64,000 bases of DNA from IMG/VR virus record IMGVR_UViG_3300042317_001568, positions 124,001 to 188,000 of that record, one strand, 5' to 3'. The notes below the pieces were generated by a model. The model ran no database searches, was not told the DNA's origin, and saw only the letters and a program-made list of their open reading frames with translations. Made by a program: the position numbers and the translations under genes. This document shows positions 44,668-53,898 of this stretch, one piece after another. Positions within the stretch are counted from its first letter, which is position 1. Each line of letters begins with the position of its first letter.

Positions 44668-45806
44668 TGGATTCTATCGCGCAGCAGACGCGCAGCGTAT
44701 TTGCACCCGTTATTGCGCTGAATTTTAACTCAGCGCAATTCGACGAGTGCAAAACATTCTTAGAGTCACGAGTAGCCGACACAGAGCGGCTGCCCGTTGT
44801 CGACCCGCGCCAACTTGTTATGACGGCCGACGGCCGGTTGGCTGAAACTGGCTATCGGTTTAACGCTATTGGTTTTGCTGCCGTCGCGAACGCTTTAATG
44901 TCTGGGCTCGTCGGCGTGTTTAACGACCTGTCAGGCGAATCGAGAAACAGGTTCAACGCTAGTAGTGAAAGTGGTGAACTCGCCGCGGCTGTCAGCATTT
45001 ACAACACGGCTTTGCGGTCCCGGTTTGATGTCATGCGTGAGCGCACGTTATTGGCAGACCACCGATCCCGCACGATTGAGGGCTGCCTTGGCATTGAACA
45101 TAAGCTGCTCGACAACGCCGTGTTTTTTAACACCATTGCCGAAGAGCTAGAGGCCGCACAACCTAACGCCGAGTTCTACCGGGCCGAGGTCATAGGTCGT
45201 GAGTTGCGTGTGTATTACATGGATGTACGTTCTCGGCGAACAGACGTCTACCGTGATCCGCGCCACACGTTTGCTGCCGGTTGGTACTTCTCAAATCGCG
45301 AAGACGCCGGACTGGCAATGCGGGCGACGAACTGCTTATTCACCAAATTTGGTCCCGCTGTGGACGGTCGCAGCCGGCACACGAATCTTCGGCATGTCGG
45401 CGCAGATTTCTTTGGTCGAGCTACTTTGCTGATCCGTAAAGCCGCCGGCAATAGCCTCGACATGGCCACTGTAAGCAAAGCTATTTCGCGTCTGAACTCG
45501 GTACCCCTTAATTTTTCAGAAGATCGCGCGGTATTTAATTCTGCGCTGGCTCAATGGATGGGTTATCTTGGGCAGTTCAAAATCGGTCGCGAGTTCGCTA
45601 AGCACATCGCCCGTAACGCCGCGGTAATAGGCTCTGACATGTCACCGCGAAATCCCTTGGAGGCTTACAACGATGAAATACTGACAAATCGCAACATGTA
45701 CGACTTGTTTTGCGCTACGTTACGTTATTCAAAAAATCAGTACCATACTGTTCGTGATCTTTTACAGTCGGCCGCAATGCAGATGCTGCTTCCGACCAAA
45801 CAATAG
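44668..45806 (+). CDS. DUF932-like protein
   Basis: G.YFSNRE..G...A....LF....RHVG pattern. Confidence 0.45.
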
Positions 45807-45815
45807 GAGTTAATC

Positions 45816-46676
45816 ATGCCCGCAACGAATGCGATTGTTGAAAAGAATCCCGCCCCGGCTGAACTCGTGCCGGTTGTAAATGTGGATACCTGCACAGCTG
45901 AGTTGCAGGACGTTGTTATCGAAATTGATCAAATTTTTAGTGACGCTCAGGTCGCTGGCTTAACAGCTTTTTGGCGTATCGGGCAGCTGATTACTCGGGT
46001 CAAGAATGAACCCGAGGTGTACCTGACTCCCGAGCAACGCTCGGCTCATGTGGACGGAGCCTCGCTGCTTATTTCTATTTTTGCTCCGGTGTACACGGCC
46101 GACCAGCTTCGGAGCGCCGTAAACTTTTTTGAAAAGTACCCGACGGAGAGCGAAATTCACCGATTGCTCGCAATGCGTTGCCCGGAGCGCCCGCGGTGGC
46201 GTATGACGCTGTCGCACGTACAGCTTTTGGCGCAGGTCGCCGACGAGGACACGCGGAATACGCTTGAGAGCACTTGCGCCACGGAGGCGTATACTGCGCG
46301 CGCCTTGGCGATGGAGCTGCAAGAGATGCGCGGCAAGGGCGCTAACACCGGTCGGCCTCACGCCGCGCCAAAGGGCCTCAAGCAGCAGCTACAGGATTTG
46401 CTGCTTCATCAGAAGCGGTTTATCGCGCGATCTGAGCAAATCTGGCTGAACGACGACGTCGAGAATGTCTACGATACGCTAGCGAACACGGCGCCCGAAA
46501 AGGTTGACGAGAACATGCGGGCGTATTTCACAGAAATTTGCGGCAATTTTACGATCATGTCCGACATGCTCGGCGACCATATGGCGACCTGCAATCGGCT
46601 GGCCGAGTTGCTTCAAGGGACTGAGGGTGACGCGGAGACCGTGACACCTAAAACCGAATCAACGATTGTGCGGTGA
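45816..46676 (+). CDS. YhcG/DUF1016 N-terminal-like helical protein
   Basis: AFWRIGQLI...TLSHVQLL..V.D...R......YTAR.L; AGGAG SD. Confidence 0.55.
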   Translation: MPATNAIVEKNPAPAELVPVVNVDTCTAELQDVVIEIDQIFSDAQVAGLTAFWRIGQLITRVKNEPEVYLTPEQRSAHVDGASLLISIFAPVYTADQLRSAVNFFEKYPTESEIHRLLAMRCPERPRWRMTLSHVQLLAQVADEDTRNTLESTCATEAYTARALAMELQEMRGKGANTGRPHAAPKGLKQQLQDLLLHQKRFIARSEQIWLNDDVENVYDTLANTAPEKVDENMRAYFTEICGNFTIMSDMLGDHMATCNRLAELLQGTEGDAETVTPKTESTIVR

Positions 46677-47212
46677 CTATGACAAACGAAATGATCATTC
46701 GAAATGTACCAATTGTTGTTGAGCCCGGCGTAAACGTAATTGAAGCAACTGTAGAAGTTGCTGAGAATGCCGGCACTCGAGAATTTCCTGTACAGCTATT
46801 TCGGTTATTTGTCGACCGCAAGGTTCTAAAGCGTTTGCCGTTTGTGCCGTCCACCACGACGCCGCACGTGTTCTCGCCTGTATCCAGCATCCGTGACTCG
46901 CCCATACTTATCGTTTATGATCACACGGGCAGGCTCGCGATGTTATACAAACGAGCACGCCGCGACACGTGGGATCGGTATGATTTGTTTGACGAGGTTG
47001 TCGGCCGCTGCGTAATTAGTCCGTCGGTACGCTTTCGCTTTACTAACGAGAAAACGCGGGATAAGTTTTTGCGTTTAGCGGAACAGTTAATTGAGCAAAG
47101 TCGCGGTAGCGTTGTAAACTATGACGACGTGCAGGAGTTCGTCAAAATCATGGGGCGGATGCGCTCGCCGCCCGTGCTGGTTCCTGTCGCGGTTGTAAAT
47201 CCTGTAGTGTAG
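46673..47212 (+). CDS. hypothetical protein
   Basis: coupled 179-aa ORF. Confidence 0.65.
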   Translation: MTMTNEMIIRNVPIVVEPGVNVIEATVEVAENAGTREFPVQLFRLFVDRKVLKRLPFVPSTTTPHVFSPVSSIRDSPILIVYDHTGRLAMLYKRARRDTWDRYDLFDEVVGRCVISPSVRFRFTNEKTRDKFLRLAEQLIEQSRGSVVNYDDVQEFVKIMGRMRSPPVLVPVAVVNPVV

Positions 47213-47232
47213 CGCAAGGATGCGATAGCTAT

Positions 47233-47907
47233 ATGGCGGAAGGACCCGCAAGTACGTGCATATGTGTTTTCTTTCGGGACACGCCTGAATGCGTATCGGA
47301 CGTGGCTACAGCAGCCACGGGCCCGATTACCCGACTACTCTCGTTGGGTTGCCGTATTCGGTTTGTTTGCGCTGTCGCGCCCGAAAAAAGATCGGCTATT
47401 TTTAGTCGCGTAATGGCTGAACAACCGGCCATTCAATTTATCTTTTTACCGGATACGGCAAGCAAAGCCGACGCGATGTATTTTGCGCTTAACAGCCCCA
47501 CCCCAGAACAATACTTTGCGTGGTTCGATAATCCTACGACACTGCAGGCAAAAACAGATTCCCGCGGTTGGCTTTTTCGGGCTGTCCGGCAATTGCGTGT
47601 TTCTGAGCTTGTAGGCGCTGTGTACCGCGCGCCTGTAGAGTCTCGGCACTGTTCTTGGTTGCAGCGGCAACTGCTTGATTTCGAATTTCATTGCCCTAAG
47701 TACGTGAATTGTGTGACGAGCAATTGGTTGCTAGCGCAGCGCTCTGATCTGCTCAACTGGTCGTGGCCTAAACCGGACATGACAGAAACCGACATGGATG
47801 TTTTTCTCGGGCTGTGGCTGCACGCTAAAAAAATGCGCGTCAACCATTTCCGGGATGACGTTCAAACAACCGCAAACAATTGCGGCATAGAAAAAGCATT
47901 ATGTTGA
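47233..47907 (+). CDS. possible degenerate GT-A glycosyltransferase-like protein
   Basis: YFAWFD strand and WP......D..LG pattern; DxD not intact. Confidence 0.35.
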   Translation: MAEGPASTCICVFFRDTPECVSDVATAATGPITRLLSLGCRIRFVCAVAPEKRSAIFSRVMAEQPAIQFIFLPDTASKADAMYFALNSPTPEQYFAWFDNPTTLQAKTDSRGWLFRAVRQLRVSELVGAVYRAPVESRHCSWLQRQLLDFEFHCPKYVNCVTSNWLLAQRSDLLNWSWPKPDMTETDMDVFLGLWLHAKKMRVNHFRDDVQTTANNCGIEKALC

Positions 47908-48743
47908 AGACAAGATTCAGCTATGTTCAAACAATTAAACGCCGTAACGAACTATACGCAAATGTCTTCGGGCCGCGTATTGGTACGCTCATTGACGGCG
48001 ACGCGTTAATCGCGTTGACGCAGGCGGTAATGTTGTATTTGCCGCAGACAACGTCACGAAACGCCGTATACGAATCTTTGCGTGCTTACGCCGGTACGCA
48101 GATCAGTCAGAAAAACGCCGCTGAAATAGCGTGGCGTCTTGCCGGGAATGTTTTGCGGCTGATCGACGGGACACCTATTTTACCGTGGGTGCAGCAAACT
48201 CAGGACGAGATGCTGCCTGTCATGGTTGAGCGTGTTGTCTCCGGCGACCGAAAAGGTAAACCCGGATATTATTTCACATTGCGCTGCGTAGGCGGCTCGG
48301 CGTGTACCCTGCAATTTACGCATTTTATGTCTCGCGTGGCGATTAAAATTCTTGCGCGTGCAGTCGGGTTTTCTACAACTAAATGGGGTAAATATCCGTT
48401 TGCCGGCCGCGCCCAGCACTTTGTCGGGCTCCTATTTTTTGCTCACGTGGAAGCCGAGCGTAGCGGCGACCGGCCGTACTTCCACGAAATCAGCGCGTCT
48501 ACGAGCATGTTGAAACATAACAAAGCCTTGCTGGAGGTCCGTTGCCGTGCCGCACCGTGCCCTGAAAACTATCAACATCACTGTGTTGACTGCCCTGTAG
48601 GCACCGACCAGTGTCGTTACAGTACGCATCCGCACACATACGACGTTCGCTTTTGCGCGGCCTGTCAAAAAGAAGCCTTTTTCGATTCGCGAATGCCGGC
48701 TATGATGTGCTTGCGTTGCCAACGAGCGGCACGAAGTAATTAA
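47880..48743 (+). CDS. protein with Cys-rich C-terminal zinc-binding region (probable start ATG 47901)
   Basis: CP...HCVDCP.G..QC...H...CAAC...CLRC. Confidence 0.65.
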   Translation: MRHRKSIMLKTRFSYVQTIKRRNELYANVFGPRIGTLIDGDALIALTQAVMLYLPQTTSRNAVYESLRAYAGTQISQKNAAEIAWRLAGNVLRLIDGTPILPWVQQTQDEMLPVMVERVVSGDRKGKPGYYFTLRCVGGSACTLQFTHFMSRVAIKILARAVGFSTTKWGKYPFAGRAQHFVGLLFFAHVEAERSGDRPYFHEISASTSMLKHNKALLEVRCRAAPCPENYQHHCVDCPVGTDQCRYSTHPHTYDVRFCAACQKEAFFDSRMPAMMCLRCQRAARSN

Positions 48744-48754
48744 AGGATTAATGC

Positions 48755-49417
48755 ATGTCAGGCATAGGTTTTAAACCTCGCGGCGCCAACGGCCCGATGT
48801 ACAACCCAGAGCGGGATTATGCGTACATCACCCCGACGCTGATGAGTTACGCAATCGAGAACATGGTTCGCTACGAGCCTGAAGAGCTAAAGCGCTGGAA
48901 GGCGGCCAACGAAGTTACTGCGTTTGAGATTGAACGTGTCGCAGAGGCGCTTGCTAGGGCGCAACGTGATTTTGTAAATGCAAATGATCCGGTCGCTACG
49001 CTTGAGCAGGCGTTAAGTCGACACGAGTTTTACAATCATCGGCATTGCGTACGGCAACTGTTGTTCGCCAGCATCGGCGAGGTCTTTTGCGCGGCATGGT
49101 TCAAAGCCGTTCGCGAGGTATCCATTGTCGGCGAAGAGTCGCCGGCGCAGGCCGACATGGCGCGCTTTGTCGCGACCGTAAGAGATTTCGCTGTCGCGAG
49201 CGCCGTACCCACGTACAACCCAGACCATCGCGCCGAGCTCTTGCAGTTCCAAAATGATGTGCTACAAACGCGCATCAACGAGCTGGGGCAGAGCCTGCAA
49301 AAAATGCGTGCCGAGCTAGAGGCCGCACGAGCTACACCCGCCCCAGCCGAAATCCCCGAACCAAAAGCCTCTCGCGGCTGGCGGCATTTTTTTTCTTGGT
49401 GGAGTGACCATGCCTAA
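48755..49417 (+). CDS. hypothetical protein with coiled coil
   Basis: 220-aa ORF. Confidence 0.65.
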   Translation: MSGIGFKPRGANGPMYNPERDYAYITPTLMSYAIENMVRYEPEELKRWKAANEVTAFEIERVAEALARAQRDFVNANDPVATLEQALSRHEFYNHRHCVRQLLFASIGEVFCAAWFKAVREVSIVGEESPAQADMARFVATVRDFAVASAVPTYNPDHRAELLQFQNDVLQTRINELGQSLQKMRAELEAARATPAPAEIPEPKASRGWRHFFSWWSDHA

Positions 49418-50048
49418 GTACAGGATGTACAAGGACCCGCAAGAGTTCAAAAAGAAGATACCGAAAAAACCTTCTGACGCGCTGCGCCTGTTGGGATTGG
49501 ATTTGGGTAACAACTGCGGCGTCGCGATTTACGACTATTTGCCGAAAAAACAGATGTTCAAGGAAAACCTTCATCTGTTTCAATGGGACTTATCGCCGCA
49601 GGGGCTTGAATCTAGCGTAGCCCGGTACGTCCGCCTGCGCGAATTTTTAAATGTTACGTCTCCTGACGCTATCGCGTACGAAGACGTCAAGTACTCGCCG
49701 CCCAAAGAGTTTTTTGTAAACAAGAAGTTCGGTATTCCGGCGATCCTTTCGCGGGTATCTACTGCGGCTGAAGTTCTTGGCGGAATGAAAGTAACCGTGG
49801 CGACATGGGCTGAAGAGGCCGGATTGTTGAGCAACGGTTACGCCATCAGCACAATTAAAAAGTACGCTACTGGCAGCGGCAAAGCGAGTAAAGACGACAT
49901 GATTGCTGCGCTCAACAAACTGCTGGGCGCCTCCTTCGACCAAACCAAGTACAAGTCGACGGGAATCGATAACGTAGTAGACGCGGCTTACGTGTTGTTG
50001 CTCATGTCAATGCACGTGCAAGCGTCTGCAGAACACAGCAAACTCTAG
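49404..50048 (+). CDS. ruvC: RuvC-like Holliday junction resolvase
   Basis: LGLDLG..CGVA, IAYED, IKKYATGSGKASKDDM, DNVVDA. Confidence 0.85.
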   Translation: MTMPKYRMYKDPQEFKKKIPKKPSDALRLLGLDLGNNCGVAIYDYLPKKQMFKENLHLFQWDLSPQGLESSVARYVRLREFLNVTSPDAIAYEDVKYSPPKEFFVNKKFGIPAILSRVSTAAEVLGGMKVTVATWAEEAGLLSNGYAISTIKKYATGSGKASKDDMIAALNKLLGASFDQTKYKSTGIDNVVDAAYVLLLMSMHVQASAEHSKL

Positions 50049-50050
50049 CG

Positions 50051-50686
50051 ATGGCCAAAGCAATCCTTCATGAGCTGTTGCCAGTCACAGGCGCCGACGA
50101 TATTGTGACGCTGTCGTGCGCTGACATGCTCAGCAGGCGAGAACGCCCGGTCTCCCTTTTTACTCCGGGATTGCTGATCACGCACGGGCACCTCGACCGC
50201 GACCCCGTGCAAGAGTTTAACGCGTTGTACCCGGCACCGTCGGACGACTTGAAACCCTTCGCTTTTGATCTGCGAAAAGACAGTGAGCGGTTTTTCGAAG
50301 GTCTTGGCGCGGCGATGATTCCGGGGAAACCGCGGCCCATAAACTTCGACAAACGTCTTTACGCCATCGACAACGAGCGCGCTGACGAGTGTTTTGAGTT
50401 TTTATCGGGCATATCTTTCTCTGATCCGCGGACCGGTTTTTTTGCGCAGACATGTTCGTACGACCTGATTACGCCCGACCCGACATCTAAATTGCAGCAG
50501 ATGTTGACCGTCCGCGTTTTCGGGGTTGTTGCCAATGATTTTGTGGCGCTCTTGCAGGCGCGACCGTATCTGCCGGCAAAGGCTATCAAGATCGGCCTGA
50601 CCGGCGATAACAAATCGTTGTTTTTGCAGAGCCACGGAATTACGGGTATTTTTGACGGAATTGATCCTCTGCAGCATAGGGAGTAA
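50051..50686 (+). CDS. hypothetical protein
   Basis: 211-aa ORF. Confidence 0.65.
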   Translation: MAKAILHELLPVTGADDIVTLSCADMLSRRERPVSLFTPGLLITHGHLDRDPVQEFNALYPAPSDDLKPFAFDLRKDSERFFEGLGAAMIPGKPRPINFDKRLYAIDNERADECFEFLSGISFSDPRTGFFAQTCSYDLITPDPTSKLQQMLTVRVFGVVANDFVALLQARPYLPAKAIKIGLTGDNKSLFLQSHGITGIFDGIDPLQHRE

Positions 50687-50688
50687 TC

Positions 50689-51099
50689 ATGGCAGAGAAG
50701 AAAGAATCTGAGGCGTGCGGCGTTGTTATCCTGACGCCAGACGGAGAATTCAAAACTGAAGTATTCGCCACCCTCGACGAACTCACCGCCCGGCTCACCG
50801 AGCTTATTGACAAGGACGTATCAGTCTCTTGTTTTGCCGGAATACCCTTACCGATATCAAAACCGCCTTTTAGGCATTTGATGACGCCGCACGGCAACAA
50901 GCCTCTTTTTGCTGCACCCACCGCCGAACTGGAAGCCGACGAGACAGGCTATTTAGGCGTCGATCCGATCCACGTGTTTCCGCCGTCGTCTATACAGGCG
51001 CCGGTGAAAGCACGTCCGGCGGAAGACGAATTTTTCGATGACGAAGTCAGCGATACGATTGATGTTTTTAATCGCATGCTCCCTGACCCGGACAGCTAA
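50689..51099 (+). CDS. hypothetical protein
   Basis: GGGAG SD; 136 aa. Confidence 0.65.
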   Translation: MAEKKESEACGVVILTPDGEFKTEVFATLDELTARLTELIDKDVSVSCFAGIPLPISKPPFRHLMTPHGNKPLFAAPTAELEADETGYLGVDPIHVFPPSSIQAPVKARPAEDEFFDDEVSDTIDVFNRMLPDPDS

Positions 51100-51139
51100 A
51101 TTTGTTCGCATAACACGGCATATTATCTGCGTCTCTGTT

Positions 51140-51172
51140 GCGCGCTATTCAAAGTAGCGCGTATTTTTTTTA
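51140..51172 (+). terminator. intrinsic terminator ending the replication module
   Basis: GCGCGCTA-TTCAAAG-TAGCGCGT followed by a T run. Confidence 0.65.
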
Positions 51173-51206
51173 TCCACCAGCGAGAAAATTAAGATGAGTA
51201 GCACCA

Positions 51207-51395
51207 ATGCGCGTAGTCATGTTTCAGGGAAAAGCTGTAAAACGCCAGCGGAGGATCGGGGACGATAAGATCATGGTCACCTTCTACAATAATCACGCGT
51301 CGGTTGTCGTAAGTGCAGCCGCGTGGGAGAATGGAAGGACAGACAAGTACACGGATGGAACGGTTCCGCGAAAGATGGTTGTTAGAAGCCTCTAG
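51207..51395 (+). CDS. small hypothetical protein
   Basis: 62-aa ATG ORF. Confidence 0.5.
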   Translation: MRVVMFQGKAVKRQRRIGDDKIMVTFYNNHASVVVSAAAWENGRTDKYTDGTVPRKMVVRSL

Positions 51396-51408
51396 GAGTA
51401 AATAGGCT

Positions 51409-52434
51409 GTGATGCGTACTTCTGTAAAAACTCGCGCGCAAGTATCGACACTAATCACCGAGCACCGAAAACTGCTCCGGCGATTCAACCGTGTGTCGCA
51501 CTATATCTCCGGCATTTGTGCCGGACTGTATCTACCCGGTGTGCATCAGACGTTCGACGTTCCGATGCGCAAGATCACCGGCAAGCGGCCAGTATTTGTG
51601 ACGCTCGAAGCGTCAGGACCGAGCCTATCGTTTGTCGGCGCCATTAGCCGACTAAAGGCAGGAAAGCTGAATTGGCAGTCGATCTTCAATTACGACTTAG
51701 CTATTCCCATGACGCCCCGAGGTGGCGGCCGAGTGGTGAGTGCCAAGAACGTCGTGATAGCTCGGCGTGGTTTAGAGCTGCTTTCTGAGCTGGTGGAATA
51801 CGGTGAAGCCGCAGCCGCTAACGAGCACGCGCCGTTAGAGCCCGCGACGTTTCCAACCGTGGTTTACGGGTACGGCCGAATCACGGGTGAAGATTATTCC
51901 GCGGTGCTGGGTTTTGCAGTTCCTAACCCCGCAGATGGTCTTGAGTCTGTTACGGCGCGCAGGTACAGCGCGGCGGAAAAGGTTTTGTCTCGTCGTGGAC
52001 TAGAAAAGCTGGAGGACATCGCTGAGGAAATGTGGCCAGTACTGATGGCCGAATTCCGCGCCGAGTACCCCGACTTCCAAATCGCCGGCGAGGTGGTATT
52101 GGACGCGCTTAAAACGCGCGCTGATTTTGTGAATATTCCGCTCCCCGCCGATGAGGCGTTGGCGGTCGATCCCGACGCAGTCGTGCAGGCAATGCGCGAT
52201 AAGCTGTCTGGCCGGTTCCGTTACGAAGCGTCCTACAAGGATTTGCTTCTTGCGGCGGCTAATCCCGGCAAACCGCTGCGGATCAGTCGGCTTTCCGCGC
52301 TGCAACTGTTTCCTGTGGAAACAGCGCAGGACTTGCCGGAGTGCTACACGGGTTCGGTGTTGTCGCCGGTGAAGCTGTCGGAAGCCGCCGCCGCGGTTTC
52401 CCCCGGAGACCCGACACCGGTAGAGGGTAATTGA
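51409..52434 (+). CDS. hypothetical protein
   Basis: AGGAG SD; 341 aa. Confidence 0.7.
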   Translation: MMRTSVKTRAQVSTLITEHRKLLRRFNRVSHYISGICAGLYLPGVHQTFDVPMRKITGKRPVFVTLEASGPSLSFVGAISRLKAGKLNWQSIFNYDLAIPMTPRGGGRVVSAKNVVIARRGLELLSELVEYGEAAAANEHAPLEPATFPTVVYGYGRITGEDYSAVLGFAVPNPADGLESVTARRYSAAEKVLSRRGLEKLEDIAEEMWPVLMAEFRAEYPDFQIAGEVVLDALKTRADFVNIPLPADEALAVDPDAVVQAMRDKLSGRFRYEASYKDLLLAAANPGKPLRISRLSALQLFPVETAQDLPECYTGSVLSPVKLSEAAAAVSPGDPTPVEGN

Positions 52435-52716
52435 ATGTCGCGCTATTTTCTAAACCACGACTGTTCGTTGGACTGGTTATTGCGGCAAGATAGTCGACCT
52501 GACATTTTGCCGAAATTCCCGGACGACGATAGTTTTGGTTTGGTTGTAGCGTACCTTGCGTCAGGGCGCATGGTGTCTGAAGTTATTCCCACGCCGCAGC
52601 AGTTCCCCGAAATCTGCGGCGTCGGTCTTCCGTTGGGCAGGCTGTATTTCCATATTTCCAAAAATCGGTTATACAGTGTGTGCGAGGGATTAACTCCAGA
52701 AGCATTTAACAACTAA
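52435..52716 (+). CDS. hypothetical protein
   Basis: abuts the upstream stop. Confidence 0.6.
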   Translation: MSRYFLNHDCSLDWLLRQDSRPDILPKFPDDDSFGLVVAYLASGRMVSEVIPTPQQFPEICGVGLPLGRLYFHISKNRLYSVCEGLTPEAFNN

Positions 52717-52741
52717 ACGAGCGCTAGGCAGTGCGCGTTTT

Positions 52742-52804
52742 GAAGGAACCGGGCGGCAGATGAAAGCTAGTAATCTGCCGCCCGGCCTTCCCTTTCTTTT
52801 TTTT
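52742..52804 (+). terminator. intrinsic terminator
   Basis: CCGGGCGGCAGAT / ATCTGCCGCCCGG 13-bp stem and downstream T-rich tail. Confidence 0.7.
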
Positions 52805-52820
52805 AGCTATTGAGGGAAAC

Positions 52821-53726
52821 ATGGCGCAGCGATACGGCGACCCACGCTCCGAGCGGCTGTCTAACGGACGAAGTTTGGCCGATGTAATGCCGGGCCGCAC
52901 CAGAGGCATTCAAGGCGTTATTGTTGCCCCCTCAACTAAAGGCGGCGTACCTATTAACTACAACCCGCACGACATATCAAACATGTCAATTACCGTAGAC
53001 CCCGACGGAGAAGGTAAGACGGTATTAAACATTGGTCGGTGCAGCGCCGACGAGATACACACTGCAAATGACGAGGCTAGAAAAAAGTTTCCGGGGCAAG
53101 ACATAGAGTCACAGCGTGAACGCGCGTTATACGCTTTTCAGTTGCTGGCAAAACCGGCAGTAAAAACCGCTGTAGCCCCACAACCTGTTTTGTCGCGTGA
53201 GGACGTGCTAGCAGACGAGGAAAGTGAAGAAGCAGAATTAATCCGGCAGCTTGCAGACGACGCCGGCATTTCTCTGCCTGCTACTCCCCCCATCGAACAA
53301 ATTGATCGGAGCTACAGCCCGATGACGGCCTTTGGTTTAAAGAAAAAGGTAGGGCTTTCAGCGCCACCCACGGCTGCGCCCAGTAGCGCTAAAATCGGCC
53401 CACCGCAAAAACTGGTGTATTTTGAGAAAGAGGGTATAGGGACTGTCCCCGCTTTTTTTCATGACATTATTACGGCCGTGACATACGCCGACGATACGAG
53501 CACAGAAGAAAGCGGCTTCATGGTGTTAATATACGACATTCGTTTTGAGCAGAGCGCCGCGCGGTGGTTTCCTCCAGCTAACGACCCGTATAACCGACCG
53601 TGGGCTGTTCAAATTAACGGCGCCAACAAGCTGTATCTTGTGCATACAACTGGTTTCCAGTATGTTTATGACAGCCACGAATACTGTATTCTGTTGGTTG
53701 AGAAGGCTGTTACCGTGCAGGAATGA
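52821..53726 (+). CDS. hypothetical protein
   Basis: GAGGG SD; 301 aa; precedes the portal-like gene. Confidence 0.7.
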   Translation: MAQRYGDPRSERLSNGRSLADVMPGRTRGIQGVIVAPSTKGGVPINYNPHDISNMSITVDPDGEGKTVLNIGRCSADEIHTANDEARKKFPGQDIESQRERALYAFQLLAKPAVKTAVAPQPVLSREDVLADEESEEAELIRQLADDAGISLPATPPIEQIDRSYSPMTAFGLKKKVGLSAPPTAAPSSAKIGPPQKLVYFEKEGIGTVPAFFHDIITAVTYADDTSTEESGFMVLIYDIRFEQSAARWFPPANDPYNRPWAVQINGANKLYLVHTTGFQYVYDSHEYCILLVEKAVTVQE

Positions 53727-53730
53727 GAAA

Positions 53731-53886
53731 ATGGAAAAAATGGCCGTGATTCGCCCCGGGCTTACACCTCCCGAAAACGGCGTCGAATCTGGTAAAATTG
53801 AAGAGAAAACCGCCGCGGTAGAAAACCTCGACAGCGATTTTCGAAAAAAAGCTGCGGAAGCCGCGGCAAAAATTCCTCAAAAATAG
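53731..53886 (+). CDS. small hypothetical protein (MEKMAVIRPG...)
   Basis: in-frame ATG of ORF 53545-53886 just after the upstream stop. Confidence 0.5.
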   Translation: MEKMAVIRPGLTPPENGVESGKIEEKTAAVENLDSDFRKKAAEAAAKIPQK

Positions 53887-53898
53887 CGAGAAATTGCC

